Source: a virus. Taken from it: DNA of 64,000 nucleotides. The stretch is taken from positions 32,001 to 96,000 of IMG/VR virus record IMGVR_UViG_3300032236_000679; one strand, written 5' to 3'. Shown piece after piece: positions 8,626-17,877 of the stretch (position 1 is its first letter; every line of letters starts with the position of its first letter). Made by a program: the position numbers and the translations under genes. The notes below the pieces were generated by a model. That model had not been told where the DNA came from, made no database searches, and saw only the letters and a list, made by a program, of their open reading frames with translations.

Positions 8626-11600
8626 TTATGTCTGAATCATCCACTTATCTGTTTCAATCTTAAGGATTGTTACATAAGTGTCTGCTGGTACGCTGATGTT
8701 GTTGTCACTACCAAACTTGCTTAAGATAAGTGTGGTTGTTCCACTATCAACTGGAACAATATGTGTTGGACGATTAGTTCCAGTAACAAGAGTAACACAA
8801 GTTCCAATTGGGAAAGCAACAGCAGCATTTGTTGGAATTAACAAGTCTCCGCTTGTGTCTATCTTATAGATATGCTTGCCACGATCACTTAGTTGTAATG
8901 TATAATCATCACCTGAGTTCTGTAGATTCTGTGGCATGTCCTGATTTAGAACACTTGCATCGTCACTGTTAACAATGTCGCCGCCTGCTGGTAGTTTGAA
9001 CTTACCATTGTTTAGGAACTGCCATTGTGTAGTATTTGCTTGTAGCACAAGATCATAAACTTCGCCATTGTTTACAATGTCATCAGCATAGATACGAGCA
9101 GTATCATTACCAATTAACCAGAACCCAGCAACATCAATATGGCCGCTTGGCGGTAGAGTTAATTTGCCATCACGGTTGAAGTACCAGTAGTTATTAAATG
9201 TGTCGCCATCTCTGTAACCTGCTTGGATCACGAAGTCATATGCATCTGGTCCAATATTGTCAACAGGACCAATGTATGGGTAACCAACAGTGCCGTTACC
9301 CTGACCGATGGTCCAGTAACCGCCGATGTCAATGTCACTGCTGTCTGGAGCATATACTGTTCCACTATTATCGTCAGTGAACATCCAATCGAAACTACCC
9401 TGTGTAAGTGTTACACCATCGCTGTCAACATAAACATGACTGGTATCGTCCCAATGTATATGTACGCCACCACCTTGATTGACTGGAGCAAACATATTGT
9501 AGATTGTTAGTTCGTAACCATCTGTAGTATAGATATCTTGACCATCAAAATGAACATCGTCGATGTGATTATATCCATAGTAATCGTAGTAATTGTTTTG
9601 ATCCTCACCAATTGAGATATTTGGTGCTATGAATGTGCCATAGTAATCATCAAAGTAGAAATTGTTGTTAGCAGTTTCAATCCGAACGCTGGTTGCATGA
9701 TAGTAATCATCTGTGCTGGCATTATTACCGTATGGGTTTTGATATCCATTATATGAATAGATAGCAACTGTATGATTGCGAGCATTGTCACGAACACCAA
9801 GATACCATAAACCAGATCCTGGATTAATATTAATTCTACCAATGCCATAATCTTCTGCGCCATAGTAATCATATGGGCCTTGAGCAGCATCAGTTATGCT
9901 GGCAACAGTAACATCAAATGCGTCACCTAATGAGAGACTGTTAGTAATGCCTGGCAGGAATTCACTGTTATTTCTCAATGCGTTCTTATTGATGTCTAAT
10001 GCACCATAAGCACTTGCACCATTGTTCCAACCGTAATTGTATCTTGCATACTGTGTATATTTCCAATCTGTCATGTTAGTTGTGAAGTAAGCACGACTTG
10101 AATCATCGCCAGTAGCAACAAACTTGCCACCGCCATAGATTAGATTGTTGAGTGGATCACCGTGTGTATACTTGACAAGTGCTTGGAAATATAGATTTTG
10201 ATTATTGATTCTCTGATATAATGGATACTGTAATGTGATAGTATTTGTATCAGTATTGATAGCAGTAATGATGTTTGGCTCTTTCCAATCACCATTTCTA
10301 TCTTCAGAAGTAAGAACTGCATCATGACCGTAGATACGCTGACCAACAACAATGTTAGTTGTATCAGGAAGAACTAAGTGCGAATCACCTTTTTCGCCGT
10401 AACTCACATATTTCTCAACAATATTATATGCTGCAAAATTACTTGTATCCAATGGCTGAGTCTTTAACTTGTCGTGATAAAGATGGAAACTGTTACCAGC
10501 ATAATCATCCAACCACCATGTGCCATTTAGTTCAACAACATATGATCCACTGATAGTAACCTTCTCGCCGTTCCAATCTGTTTTTGGTCTGTCTCCCCAA
10601 ATAACATTACTAGTGCTTCCGTTTCCAAACTGAAGACCACCGTTTGTTTCTCTCTTAAGTTCAGTAATACCAGCATAAGCAGGTCCTGGAGTTACATAAT
10701 TCCAAGTTGTGCCCTGATCAGCAGTGTAGTAAACAACACCATAGTAATCACTAATGGCCATGTAGTTGACACCGCCAAGATCACCAGCAGCAATTTCATC
10801 AACACCATAGTAGTCACCTGTGCCAGGACCATCAAAGCCTGAGGCAAAATCAATACCACCAGTTACACCTTGCCAATCAATATCAGTCCATGAACCTTGA
10901 CGAGGATCAGCAGCAGTGTTACGATAGATTAGATTTGAGTTATAGTAAGCAAGCCATCCGTGTCCGTCAAACCATGCGCTCCAATCTGTAGCAGGCATAG
11001 TTGCAAAATAACTACCGCTGTTAAGAGCAGTTGTGATGCTTGTAATGTAGAAAGCACCTGGATTTAATCTGTTTGATCCATTCCAACTTGTATTATCTTG
11101 TTCATAGTTTAGTGTAAACAACCATCCAGATGAGCCATATGTAACACTGCTTATTCTCATACCGCCTGCTGTGGTTGGATGAGCAGTGTTCTGTGCATCA
11201 ACAATGTCTTTAACATAATCAAGATCGATGTTGATCTGTGTCCAAGTAGCACCATCTGCGCTGTAAGCAGCGATTGGATAGCGATAGTTATTACGAACTT
11301 CATCATAATACCAACCACCAGCAACAAAGTATCCGCCGCCAAATGACAGTGAGTTCCAATTAATATCTTCGCCATTTGGCCCACGACGTGTGATATCACT
11401 ATCTGGAGTTACTGCTGATTGATAAGGACTTGTGCCATAACGGATCTCAGCTCTGTTTGCTATATCGTCATAACCACGATATACAATTAAACCGTTGCCG
11501 ATAGCAATGCTGTTGACGCTCCAGCGATTTGAGTGATATGTTCCTGGACCACCTTGATTAACTGCCGAAGTCCAATTTATACCATCTTCACTGATTCTTG

Positions 11601-11814
11601 GCGCATTTGCGTAATAATCGTTAGTATTAACAAATACTGACTGTAAGCCACTTTCTTGAACTGTATAAGCAAGATCGTTCCAGGCTTTTACACCGTCACC
11701 AATCTTCATATTGTTAGTATCAAGTTCAACGCCGGGCTCACCTTGAGCAAGGACGGGATTAGTGCTTGCCCAGTTGCTTGACAAATCTCTTCTTAACTGT
11801 ATCTTTGTGGCCAT
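8626..11814 (-). CDS. Tail fibre / receptor-binding protein with Mtd_N-like N-terminus, 1062 aa
   Basis: N-terminus KIQLRRDLSSNW...NPVLAQGEPGVELDT..MKIGDG..W..L.Y (Mtd_N-like). Central BNR/propeller-like repeats (YSADGATWT, YTADQGTTW). C-terminal PQN...YTLQLSDRGK...AVAFPIGT fibre-tip module. Confidence 0.7.
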   Translation of the reverse strand: MATKIQLRRDLSSNWASTNPVLAQGEPGVELDTNNMKIGDGVKAWNDLAYTVQESGLQSVFVNTNDYYANAPRISEDGINWTSAVNQGGPGTYHSNRWSVNSIAIGNGLIVYRGYDDIANRAEIRYGTSPYQSAVTPDSDITRRGPNGEDINWNSLSFGGGYFVAGGWYYDEVRNNYRYPIAAYSADGATWTQINIDLDYVKDIVDAQNTAHPTTAGGMRISSVTYGSSGWLFTLNYEQDNTSWNGSNRLNPGAFYITSITTALNSGSYFATMPATDWSAWFDGHGWLAYYNSNLIYRNTAADPRQGSWTDIDWQGVTGGIDFASGFDGPGTGDYYGVDEIAAGDLGGVNYMAISDYYGVVYYTADQGTTWNYVTPGPAYAGITELKRETNGGLQFGNGSTSNVIWGDRPKTDWNGEKVTISGSYVVELNGTWWLDDYAGNSFHLYHDKLKTQPLDTSNFAAYNIVEKYVSYGEKGDSHLVLPDTTNIVVGQRIYGHDAVLTSEDRNGDWKEPNIITAINTDTNTITLQYPLYQRINNQNLYFQALVKYTHGDPLNNLIYGGGKFVATGDDSSRAYFTTNMTDWKYTQYARYNYGWNNGASAYGALDINKNALRNNSEFLPGITNSLSLGDAFDVTVASITDAAQGPYDYYGAEDYGIGRININPGSGLWYLGVRDNARNHTVAIYSYNGYQNPYGNNASTDDYYHATSVRIETANNNFYFDDYYGTFIAPNISIGEDQNNYYDYYGYNHIDDVHFDGQDIYTTDGYELTIYNMFAPVNQGGGVHIHWDDTSHVYVDSDGVTLTQGSFDWMFTDDNSGTVYAPDSSDIDIGGYWTIGQGNGTVGYPYIGPVDNIGPDAYDFVIQAGYRDGDTFNNYWYFNRDGKLTLPPSGHIDVAGFWLIGNDTARIYADDIVNNGEVYDLVLQANTTQWQFLNNGKFKLPAGGDIVNSDDASVLNQDMPQNLQNSGDDYTLQLSDRGKHIYKIDTSGDLLIPTNAAVAFPIGTCVTLVTGTNRPTHIVPVDSGTTTLILSKFGSDNNISVPADTYVTILKIETDKWMIQT

Positions 11815-11843
11815 CTGAAAACTCCGTTATAGCATATTTATTG

Positions 11844-13403
11844 TTAGGCTTCGTTTCTTGTACGGGTGGCAACAAAAACATATGTGCCATCTTTATCGCA
11901 GGTCCAAATGTATCCGCCAATACCGCCTTCGTGAATGATTGTTCCTAAATCTTGTGTTGTTGAATCAGAATCTTTGCTGGTTCCTAAACGAGTAGCGACG
12001 CCGCCGCCACACAACCAAAGTTCAACTTGTCCATCAACATGATCATTGATTAATATTTGTCCAGAAAAACCTGAAAATTTCACAGTGTCTCCCATTAAAG
12101 CATTAACTGTTAAATTTCCTGCATCATAAGCATAATACAAAACCTCTGAGGTATTTGATATCATTGGCTTAACTGGTGTGGATGATATATGCGCTCCATT
12201 GGGTAATGTTAAAACGCCATCAATTCCAAAATTCCATTTCTGATCAATTTCTACTTGTAGACGAACATTGTCTGGATTTGGAACAACTACATATCCCCCA
12301 GCATTCGTATCACTACCAACTGTTAGTGCATAACGATATGGACTACTATCTACATAAGCATTATCACCTGCATCTTGTACTCGCAATAATAAATGTGTGC
12401 CATTTACCAACGGTGCAACTTTTGTAGGAACTGGATAAGTTGTTACTGATGGGTCATATGCAGCAGTATTAGTAATTCGTATACCTGCCATTGATCCTGC
12501 AAGATGATAGTTAGTATCATTCCACATACCAATTGCATTTGTAATGCCAGTAAACAGTGTTACATCATTAAAACTACCAACCTGTACTCCATTATACCAC
12601 ATGGTCATTGACCCAATTGTTCCGGGACCTGATTCGGCACCTTTTCTAACAAGTATTAAATGATGCCAGTTACCGTCCATGGTAGGAACAGTGAACTGTT
12701 GATTGCTACTACCGTTACAATCGACTGTTATTGTATTATTATTTGGATTTCCAACTCCTGCACCTGTGTACATGCTTAAGCCGCCGCCTGCTCCTGCTCC
12801 TAAGAAAGCATGTTGATTAGTTGCAGGATCATCAGTTAACTTGAAGAAAAATTCAATTGTAAATGAATTATATTTTGTTGGGCCAACTGCGAATCCATCA
12901 AATATTATATAACTGTTATTAGAATTAACAAAGTTAAACTTACTAACCTGATAATCAATTGAAGTTTTAATTGCTAAATCATTGTCAATGACACCTGCAA
13001 TATTATTTGCTACAGTTACATCACCATTTGGAAATTCAACACCAGTAGCACTAAATTGAGCAAAAGTAGTACCTTCTACGGAAACAATAACATCACCATT
13101 TTCACCAGGAATAGTCACGCCACTTGTTCCACTGGAAATATAATTATGTTCGTTATTGACCCAAGTTAAACTACCACTGCCATTAGTTTGCATTATTTGA
13201 TATGCTGCACCATCTGTAGAAGGAAATGTGTAAGGAAGACTAATACCACCTGAGTATGATAAATCAACCCATACATTAGCACCATCACCATACTTTACTT
13301 GATTAGTTGTGATATCTAACCCAGGCTCGCCGTCAGCAAGTATAGGATTTACTCTTTCCCAGTTTGCTGTTGTATCTCTTCTTAACTGAATCTTATTGGC
13401 CAT
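11844..13403 (-). CDS. Tail fibre protein, Mtd_N-like plus LamG/concanavalin-A-like domain (start revised to 13403)
   Basis: MANKIQLRRDTTANW..NPILADGEPG. LamG-like pattern FTIEFFFK...WHHLILVR...MWYNG...IG...G.MAGIRIT. ATG 13403 sits 1 nt after the upstream stop. Confidence 0.7.
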   Translation of the reverse strand: MANKIQLRRDTTANWERVNPILADGEPGLDITTNQVKYGDGANVWVDLSYSGGISLPYTFPSTDGAAYQIMQTNGSGSLTWVNNEHNYISSGTSGVTIPGENGDVIVSVEGTTFAQFSATGVEFPNGDVTVANNIAGVIDNDLAIKTSIDYQVSKFNFVNSNNSYIIFDGFAVGPTKYNSFTIEFFFKLTDDPATNQHAFLGAGAGGGLSMYTGAGVGNPNNNTITVDCNGSSNQQFTVPTMDGNWHHLILVRKGAESGPGTIGSMTMWYNGVQVGSFNDVTLFTGITNAIGMWNDTNYHLAGSMAGIRITNTAAYDPSVTTYPVPTKVAPLVNGTHLLLRVQDAGDNAYVDSSPYRYALTVGSDTNAGGYVVVPNPDNVRLQVEIDQKWNFGIDGVLTLPNGAHISSTPVKPMISNTSEVLYYAYDAGNLTVNALMGDTVKFSGFSGQILINDHVDGQVELWLCGGGVATRLGTSKDSDSTTQDLGTIIHEGGIGGYIWTCDKDGTYVFVATRTRNEA

Positions 13404-13404
13404 A

Positions 13405-14487
13405 TTATGCTCCGCCACCGTTTAGTGTATTAGTGTAAGTGCTTCCTGCACCTGCGCCATCAAATACAGTGTCTGATGGTCCAAATCTACTGCTGCCAAA
13501 TCCACCATCAGCAAACAGCAGTCCAGCCTCGTAGATGGAATATGCGCCGCCGCCATCAATATCAATATTTTGTAGTGTGATTGACTGCCCTGCTAGTAAG
13601 TTATTGTTGTCTGTTAGCTGACTGATGTCTGTTGGAACTTCAGTGAACCATGCTGCTCTAACACCGTCAGCACGTTGAAATGCGCCACCTTGTGGTAGTC
13701 TTACGTTTTGATTCTCTGCTGTTCTAAGTAATGTTTCCCAAACACCGTTAATATATGCTTGAATTTCCTGTAGAGCAGGATTTAATAATATGTCGCCAGG
13801 CTTCCCAAGTACATTTCCAGGAAATACGCTGGCAAGGTTCAATGGACTGTTAACAATATTAACACGATTTAAAGCATTTAAGTTTAAGTCTGTTGTACTA
13901 TTGAATTCAGGAATACCCGTTGCAGTTGAACTTATTGTTCCTGGGATTACTGTATTACCGTTTGGATAAAGTCTTACAGTATAATCACCTGCTATGAGTT
14001 CACTAGCAATTTCTGCTCCACCAACTGCAATACCATCCACATATAAAGTACCAGAATCAGCAGTAAGTGCAACACCATTGATATTAACATTGCTATCAAC
14101 TGATACATTACCTGCTGCTATATTAGCAAACATAACATCGTCAGTTGTGTTTAATGATTGATCAAAAGTACTTCCAGAGCCATCACCCGACAATGTACCG
14201 TCAACATATAGTTTACCATCAACAACTGTTACCTCATGACTATCCAATGACAGTCCTGTAGTAGTTAAATTACCTACTGTAACATTGCCGGTAATAAAAA
14301 CAGGATGAGTTTCATTTAATCCGGCAATAGTTTGATCAATAACGTAAAGATTACCAAGATTGAAATTACCAGTGCCAGGAGTTCCTGCTGCGTTCCATTT
14401 AACACCATCCCAAATATAAGTTACACCATTTGGTGCTTCGTAGGGAGTTCCTACTGTTTGAGGCTGCGAAGGAAATACTAATGCCAT
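13405..14487 (-). CDS. Tail-fibre-associated protein, 360 aa
   Basis: N-terminal MALVFP...NGVTYIWDGVKW module and C-terminal DGGG/DGG repeats typical of phage fibre proteins. Late promoter at 14506-14513. Confidence 0.55.
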   Translation of the reverse strand: MALVFPSQPQTVGTPYEAPNGVTYIWDGVKWNAAGTPGTGNFNLGNLYVIDQTIAGLNETHPVFITGNVTVGNLTTTGLSLDSHEVTVVDGKLYVDGTLSGDGSGSTFDQSLNTTDDVMFANIAAGNVSVDSNVNINGVALTADSGTLYVDGIAVGGAEIASELIAGDYTVRLYPNGNTVIPGTISSTATGIPEFNSTTDLNLNALNRVNIVNSPLNLASVFPGNVLGKPGDILLNPALQEIQAYINGVWETLLRTAENQNVRLPQGGAFQRADGVRAAWFTEVPTDISQLTDNNNLLAGQSITLQNIDIDGGGAYSIYEAGLLFADGGFGSSRFGPSDTVFDGAGAGSTYTNTLNGGGA

Positions 14488-14526
14488 TTTAATTCCTAAT
14501 AGTTATATTTATTCTGAAAGATATTA

Positions 14527-17466
14527 TTACCAAGTGCTTAATTCTGATCTTTTCCATGTATTCAATGCTACACAAACGTAAACATAATTATTGTCATATG
14601 CTACTTGACCTGGTCTGCCTATACTATGTGCAGAGGTTGGCGCAGGTCCTGCTAATGGAGGTACTAATGGACTAGTATCAACCCAAGAATCAGTCAAATA
14701 CACAAAGATTCTACCACTTACAGTATCATACCATAACTGTCCATGTGTTGGATCTACAGGAGCCGTAGATGTTGAAGATACATAACTATCACTTGCTTTA
14801 ACAGATAAGTTTGATATTAGATAACCTTGTGCTACTGTATTAGCAACCAAGTCTAGTAATACTCCACCTTGTACACCAGCATTTGCCCAAAGATTATTAA
14901 TTTCTATCGATTGTGTTTCTGCGTTTGCCCAAAGATTATTAATTTCAGTTGCTTGTATTGCTGCGTTTGAACTAGTTAATAATCCATTCACATCAGTACG
15001 CAATCCAATAATAGCAGTTGCTTGAACCGATGCATTAGAATTTAATGAATTTAATAAAGATCCTTGTGCTACTGTATTGGCTACTAAATCTAATAGTATG
15101 CTTCCTTGCACACCTGCATTGGATGCAAGTTCATTAATAGCAGTTGCTTGCACTGCTGCATTATCCCACAGGTCAGTAAGATCTGCTGATGACCCTGGGG
15201 TAGTCATTAATACATTGACATTACTTTTTAAATTATCAATTTCAATTGCTTGAACATTAGCATTTGTATTAAGTGAATCTAATAGTGAACCTTGTGCTAC
15301 TGTATTAGCAACTAAATCTAGTAATACCCCGCCTTGTACACCTGCATTTGCAAAAAGACTATTAATTGCATATGCTTGTGCTGCTGCATTTGTACTGAGT
15401 TCGTTTAATAAAGATCCTTGTGCTACTGTATTGGCTACTAAATCTAATAATATACTTCCTTGTACACCTGCATTTGCAGTAAGAGAATCAATAGCACTTA
15501 GTTGAGAATCAATCAATGAAAGTCTGTTATCTTGAATAACATTATGAGCAACTAAATCAAGTAGTACATTTCCTTGTACACCAGCGTTTGCCCAAAGAAA
15601 ATGAATTTCATCTGCTTGAAATGCTGCATTATCCCAAAGATTGCTTATTTCATCTGCTTGTATTGCTGCATTTGAACTAGTTAATAATTCGTTAACATCA
15701 GTTCTTAATCCAATAATAGCAGTTGCCTGCGTTGCTGCATTTGAATTAAGTGCTGTAAGAACAAATCCTTGAGCAACAGAGTTAGCAACTAAATCAAGTA
15801 ACACATTTCCTTGTACACCAGCATTTGCCACCAATGAATTTAAAGTGCTTGCTTGTGTTGCTGCATTGTCCCAGAGATTATTAATTTCATTTGCTTGAAT
15901 TTCTGCATTTGAATTAGATAATAAATTAGAAACATTGTTTTGCAAACTGATAATAGCAGTTGCTTGTGTTGCTGCATTTGAATTTAGTGCAGTAAGTGCA
16001 AATCCTTGTGATACGGAGTTAGCAACTAAATCGAGAAGTACATTACCTTGGACGCCTGCGTTTGCTATCAGTAGATTTATAGTGCTTGCTTGTGTTGCTG
16101 CATTAGACCAAAGATTATTAATTTCAGTTGCTTGTATTGCAGCATTTGAACTAGATAACAAACTATTAACATCTGTTCTCAATCCAGTAATAGCAGTTGC
16201 TTGCGTTGCTGCGTTTGAATTTAATGAATTTAATAATATTCCTTGTGCTACTGTATTAGCAACTAAACTGGTTAATACCGATCCTTGCACACCTGCATTA
16301 ACAGTTAATGAATCAATTGCAGTTGTATGTGCTGCTATATTTGATCTTAGATAATTGATTTGAGTTGTTTGATCATTGAAAACAATTGAAGGTGTTGTAT
16401 CAATCCAAGAATTATCATAATATATGAATATTTTTCCACTAACAGTATCATACCATAACTTACCTGTAAAAGTATCAGTTGGTGCAACAGATGAGGTTAT
16501 AATTTTTCCAACATTTGCAGAAATAGATGATATTAAATTTCCTTGAGCAACAGTATTTGCAACAAGACTTAATAGAACACCACCTTGTACCCCTGCATTC
16601 GCCCAAAGGCTATTAATCTCAGTTGCTTGAGTTCCCGCATTTGAATATAAATCAATTATGTCAGTTGTTTGCCCCGAAACATAAGAATATAAATTAGAAA
16701 TGTCCTCTGAGTTTGAAGTTATTAACGCAGCATTTGCATTTAAACTGTTTCGTAATGCTGTAATATAATTGGATTGAGTTGCTGCATTTGAATTCAATAA
16801 ATCAATATTTGCATTAATATCATTTCTAAGTAAATTAATAGTAAGTGATTGGGATACTGCATTTGATTTTAATAGTTCAATATTTGCATTGACATTGCTT
16901 GCCCAAAGATTAATGAGTTCAGTTGTGTATGTTTCTGAATTAGACCAATTATTAGTAATTAGAATAGTATTAGATATTCCATCAAGAATTGATCTACCAT
17001 TAGCAAAATTAATAAATCCACCTGATGGTAATGTTACGTTTCCATCTGCACCAAGTACAAAACTTTTGCTGCCGTTAATTAAACTATTAGGAGTATGACT
17101 ATTAGCAGATAGAACGCCATCAAGATTGATCGAGAGACCTTCTCCAACTTTAATACCGCCTAGAGAATTTCTGCTTGCTTTGGGTAATATATATGATGCG
17201 CTAGGTGAAGAATCTACCCAAGTGTCTTGAAAATAAATGTATGTTCTTCCAATATTTGGATCATACCATAATGTACCAGGCGTTGGATTATTGGGAGGAG
17301 TTGTACCAAAACGTGGTGTTGCACCAACTAACTCTATGCCACCATAAGTGACGCCATCCATAACATAGACTTTACCAGTGACGTCGTCAACAACGAGTTC
17401 TCCGTCATGTCCTGCAAACTCTTCAATTGGAAGTTTACTGATTTTACCATAATAGCGTCTTAGCAT
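14527..17466 (-). CDS. Long coiled-coil tail fibre with internal tandem repeats, 979 aa
   Basis: Mtd_N-like start (GHDGELVVD..TGKVYVMDGVT.GG), three G.LWYD..SGR.F.Y...W.D..P knuckles, nine NAGVQG modules, and a C-terminal G.PGQVAYDNNYVYVC...W cap. Confidence 0.7.
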   Translation of the reverse strand: MLRRYYGKISKLPIEEFAGHDGELVVDDVTGKVYVMDGVTYGGIELVGATPRFGTTPPNNPTPGTLWYDPNIGRTYIYFQDTWVDSSPSASYILPKASRNSLGGIKVGEGLSINLDGVLSANSHTPNSLINGSKSFVLGADGNVTLPSGGFINFANGRSILDGISNTILITNNWSNSETYTTELINLWASNVNANIELLKSNAVSQSLTINLLRNDINANIDLLNSNAATQSNYITALRNSLNANAALITSNSEDISNLYSYVSGQTTDIIDLYSNAGTQATEINSLWANAGVQGGVLLSLVANTVAQGNLISSISANVGKIITSSVAPTDTFTGKLWYDTVSGKIFIYYDNSWIDTTPSIVFNDQTTQINYLRSNIAAHTTAIDSLTVNAGVQGSVLTSLVANTVAQGILLNSLNSNAATQATAITGLRTDVNSLLSSSNAAIQATEINNLWSNAATQASTINLLIANAGVQGNVLLDLVANSVSQGFALTALNSNAATQATAIISLQNNVSNLLSNSNAEIQANEINNLWDNAATQASTLNSLVANAGVQGNVLLDLVANSVAQGFVLTALNSNAATQATAIIGLRTDVNELLTSSNAAIQADEISNLWDNAAFQADEIHFLWANAGVQGNVLLDLVAHNVIQDNRLSLIDSQLSAIDSLTANAGVQGSILLDLVANTVAQGSLLNELSTNAAAQAYAINSLFANAGVQGGVLLDLVANTVAQGSLLDSLNTNANVQAIEIDNLKSNVNVLMTTPGSSADLTDLWDNAAVQATAINELASNAGVQGSILLDLVANTVAQGSLLNSLNSNASVQATAIIGLRTDVNGLLTSSNAAIQATEINNLWANAETQSIEINNLWANAGVQGGVLLDLVANTVAQGYLISNLSVKASDSYVSSTSTAPVDPTHGQLWYDTVSGRIFVYLTDSWVDTSPLVPPLAGPAPTSAHSIGRPGQVAYDNNYVYVCVALNTWKRSELSTW
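14810..16610 (-). repeat. Intragenic degenerate tandem repeat built from 14-aa (42-nt) submodules; several full units are 79 aa (237 nt)
   Basis: Recurrent + strand blocks such as ccttg(t/c)acacc(t/a)gc(a/g)tt and tgctactgtatt(a/g)gc. They translate as ANAGVQG..LLDLVANTVAQG.LL.SLN.NAA.QA.AI..L. Confidence 0.85.
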
Positions 17467-17555
17467 GATTTATTCCCAGTGTATATTGTATTTAACGGTT
17501 TTGGGCAATCTCCAAGATGCATAGCAGGTATGTGTGCAGTGCAGCAATCTTTCAC

Positions 17556-17583
17556 TTGCTTTGCAATAAATACAGTGTATAAT
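17556..17583 (+). promoter_or_regulatory. Sigma70-like promoter TTGCTT-N16-TATAAT with an embedded late-type AATAAATA (17565-17572)
   Basis: Read directly upstream of the DUF1127 gene; perfect -10 hexamer at 17578-17583. Confidence 0.55.
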
Positions 17584-17602
17584 AATAGTAAGGATGGAAA
17601 AG

Positions 17603-17809
17603 ATGATGACTTATATAAACTACTTTGTTAACGCATTTTATCAGAGCATAGACACTGTTTTTAGTTCAATTGATAAGGGATTTAGAGCCCGCCGTGCGTA
17701 TGAAGAATTGAATAGATTAAATGATCGTGAATTGAAAGATCTTGGCATTGCACGTTACGATATTCCTCGTATTGTGTTTGATAGTGTAAAGACTCAAAGT
17801 TTTAGATAA
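17603..17809 (+). CDS. DUF1127 (YjiS-like) small protein; start 17603 preferred over 17594
   Basis: RARRAYEELNRLNDRELKDLGIARYDI matches the DUF1127 signature R..R..L..L.D..L.DIG..R.DI. SD AAGGA lies 8 nt before ATG 17603. Confidence 0.8.
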   Translation: MMTYINYFVNAFYQSIDTVFSSIDKGFRARRAYEELNRLNDRELKDLGIARYDIPRIVFDSVKTQSFR

Positions 17810-17831
17810 TTTAGTTTGAATTTAACTCAAT

Positions 17832-17858
17832 AAAAAAGGGGCGTTTCCGCCCCTTTTT
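17832..17858. terminator. Bidirectional intrinsic terminator between the convergent DUF1127 and major capsid genes
   Basis: AAAAAA-GGGGCG-tttc-CGCCCC-TTTTT: GC stem with A/T tracts on both sides. Confidence 0.9.
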
Positions 17859-17877
17859 GTATTTGTATTCTCAAATA

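Noticed and set aside
14810-16610. CRISPR array
   Set aside because: The repeats are degenerate, in frame within an ORF, vary at codon third positions, and have no unique spacers.
8626-17466. Diversity-generating retroelement, suggested by Mtd_N-like domains
   Set aside because: No reverse transcriptase and no TR/VR near-duplicate differing at adenines was seen in the window. Mtd_N is only the anchor domain.
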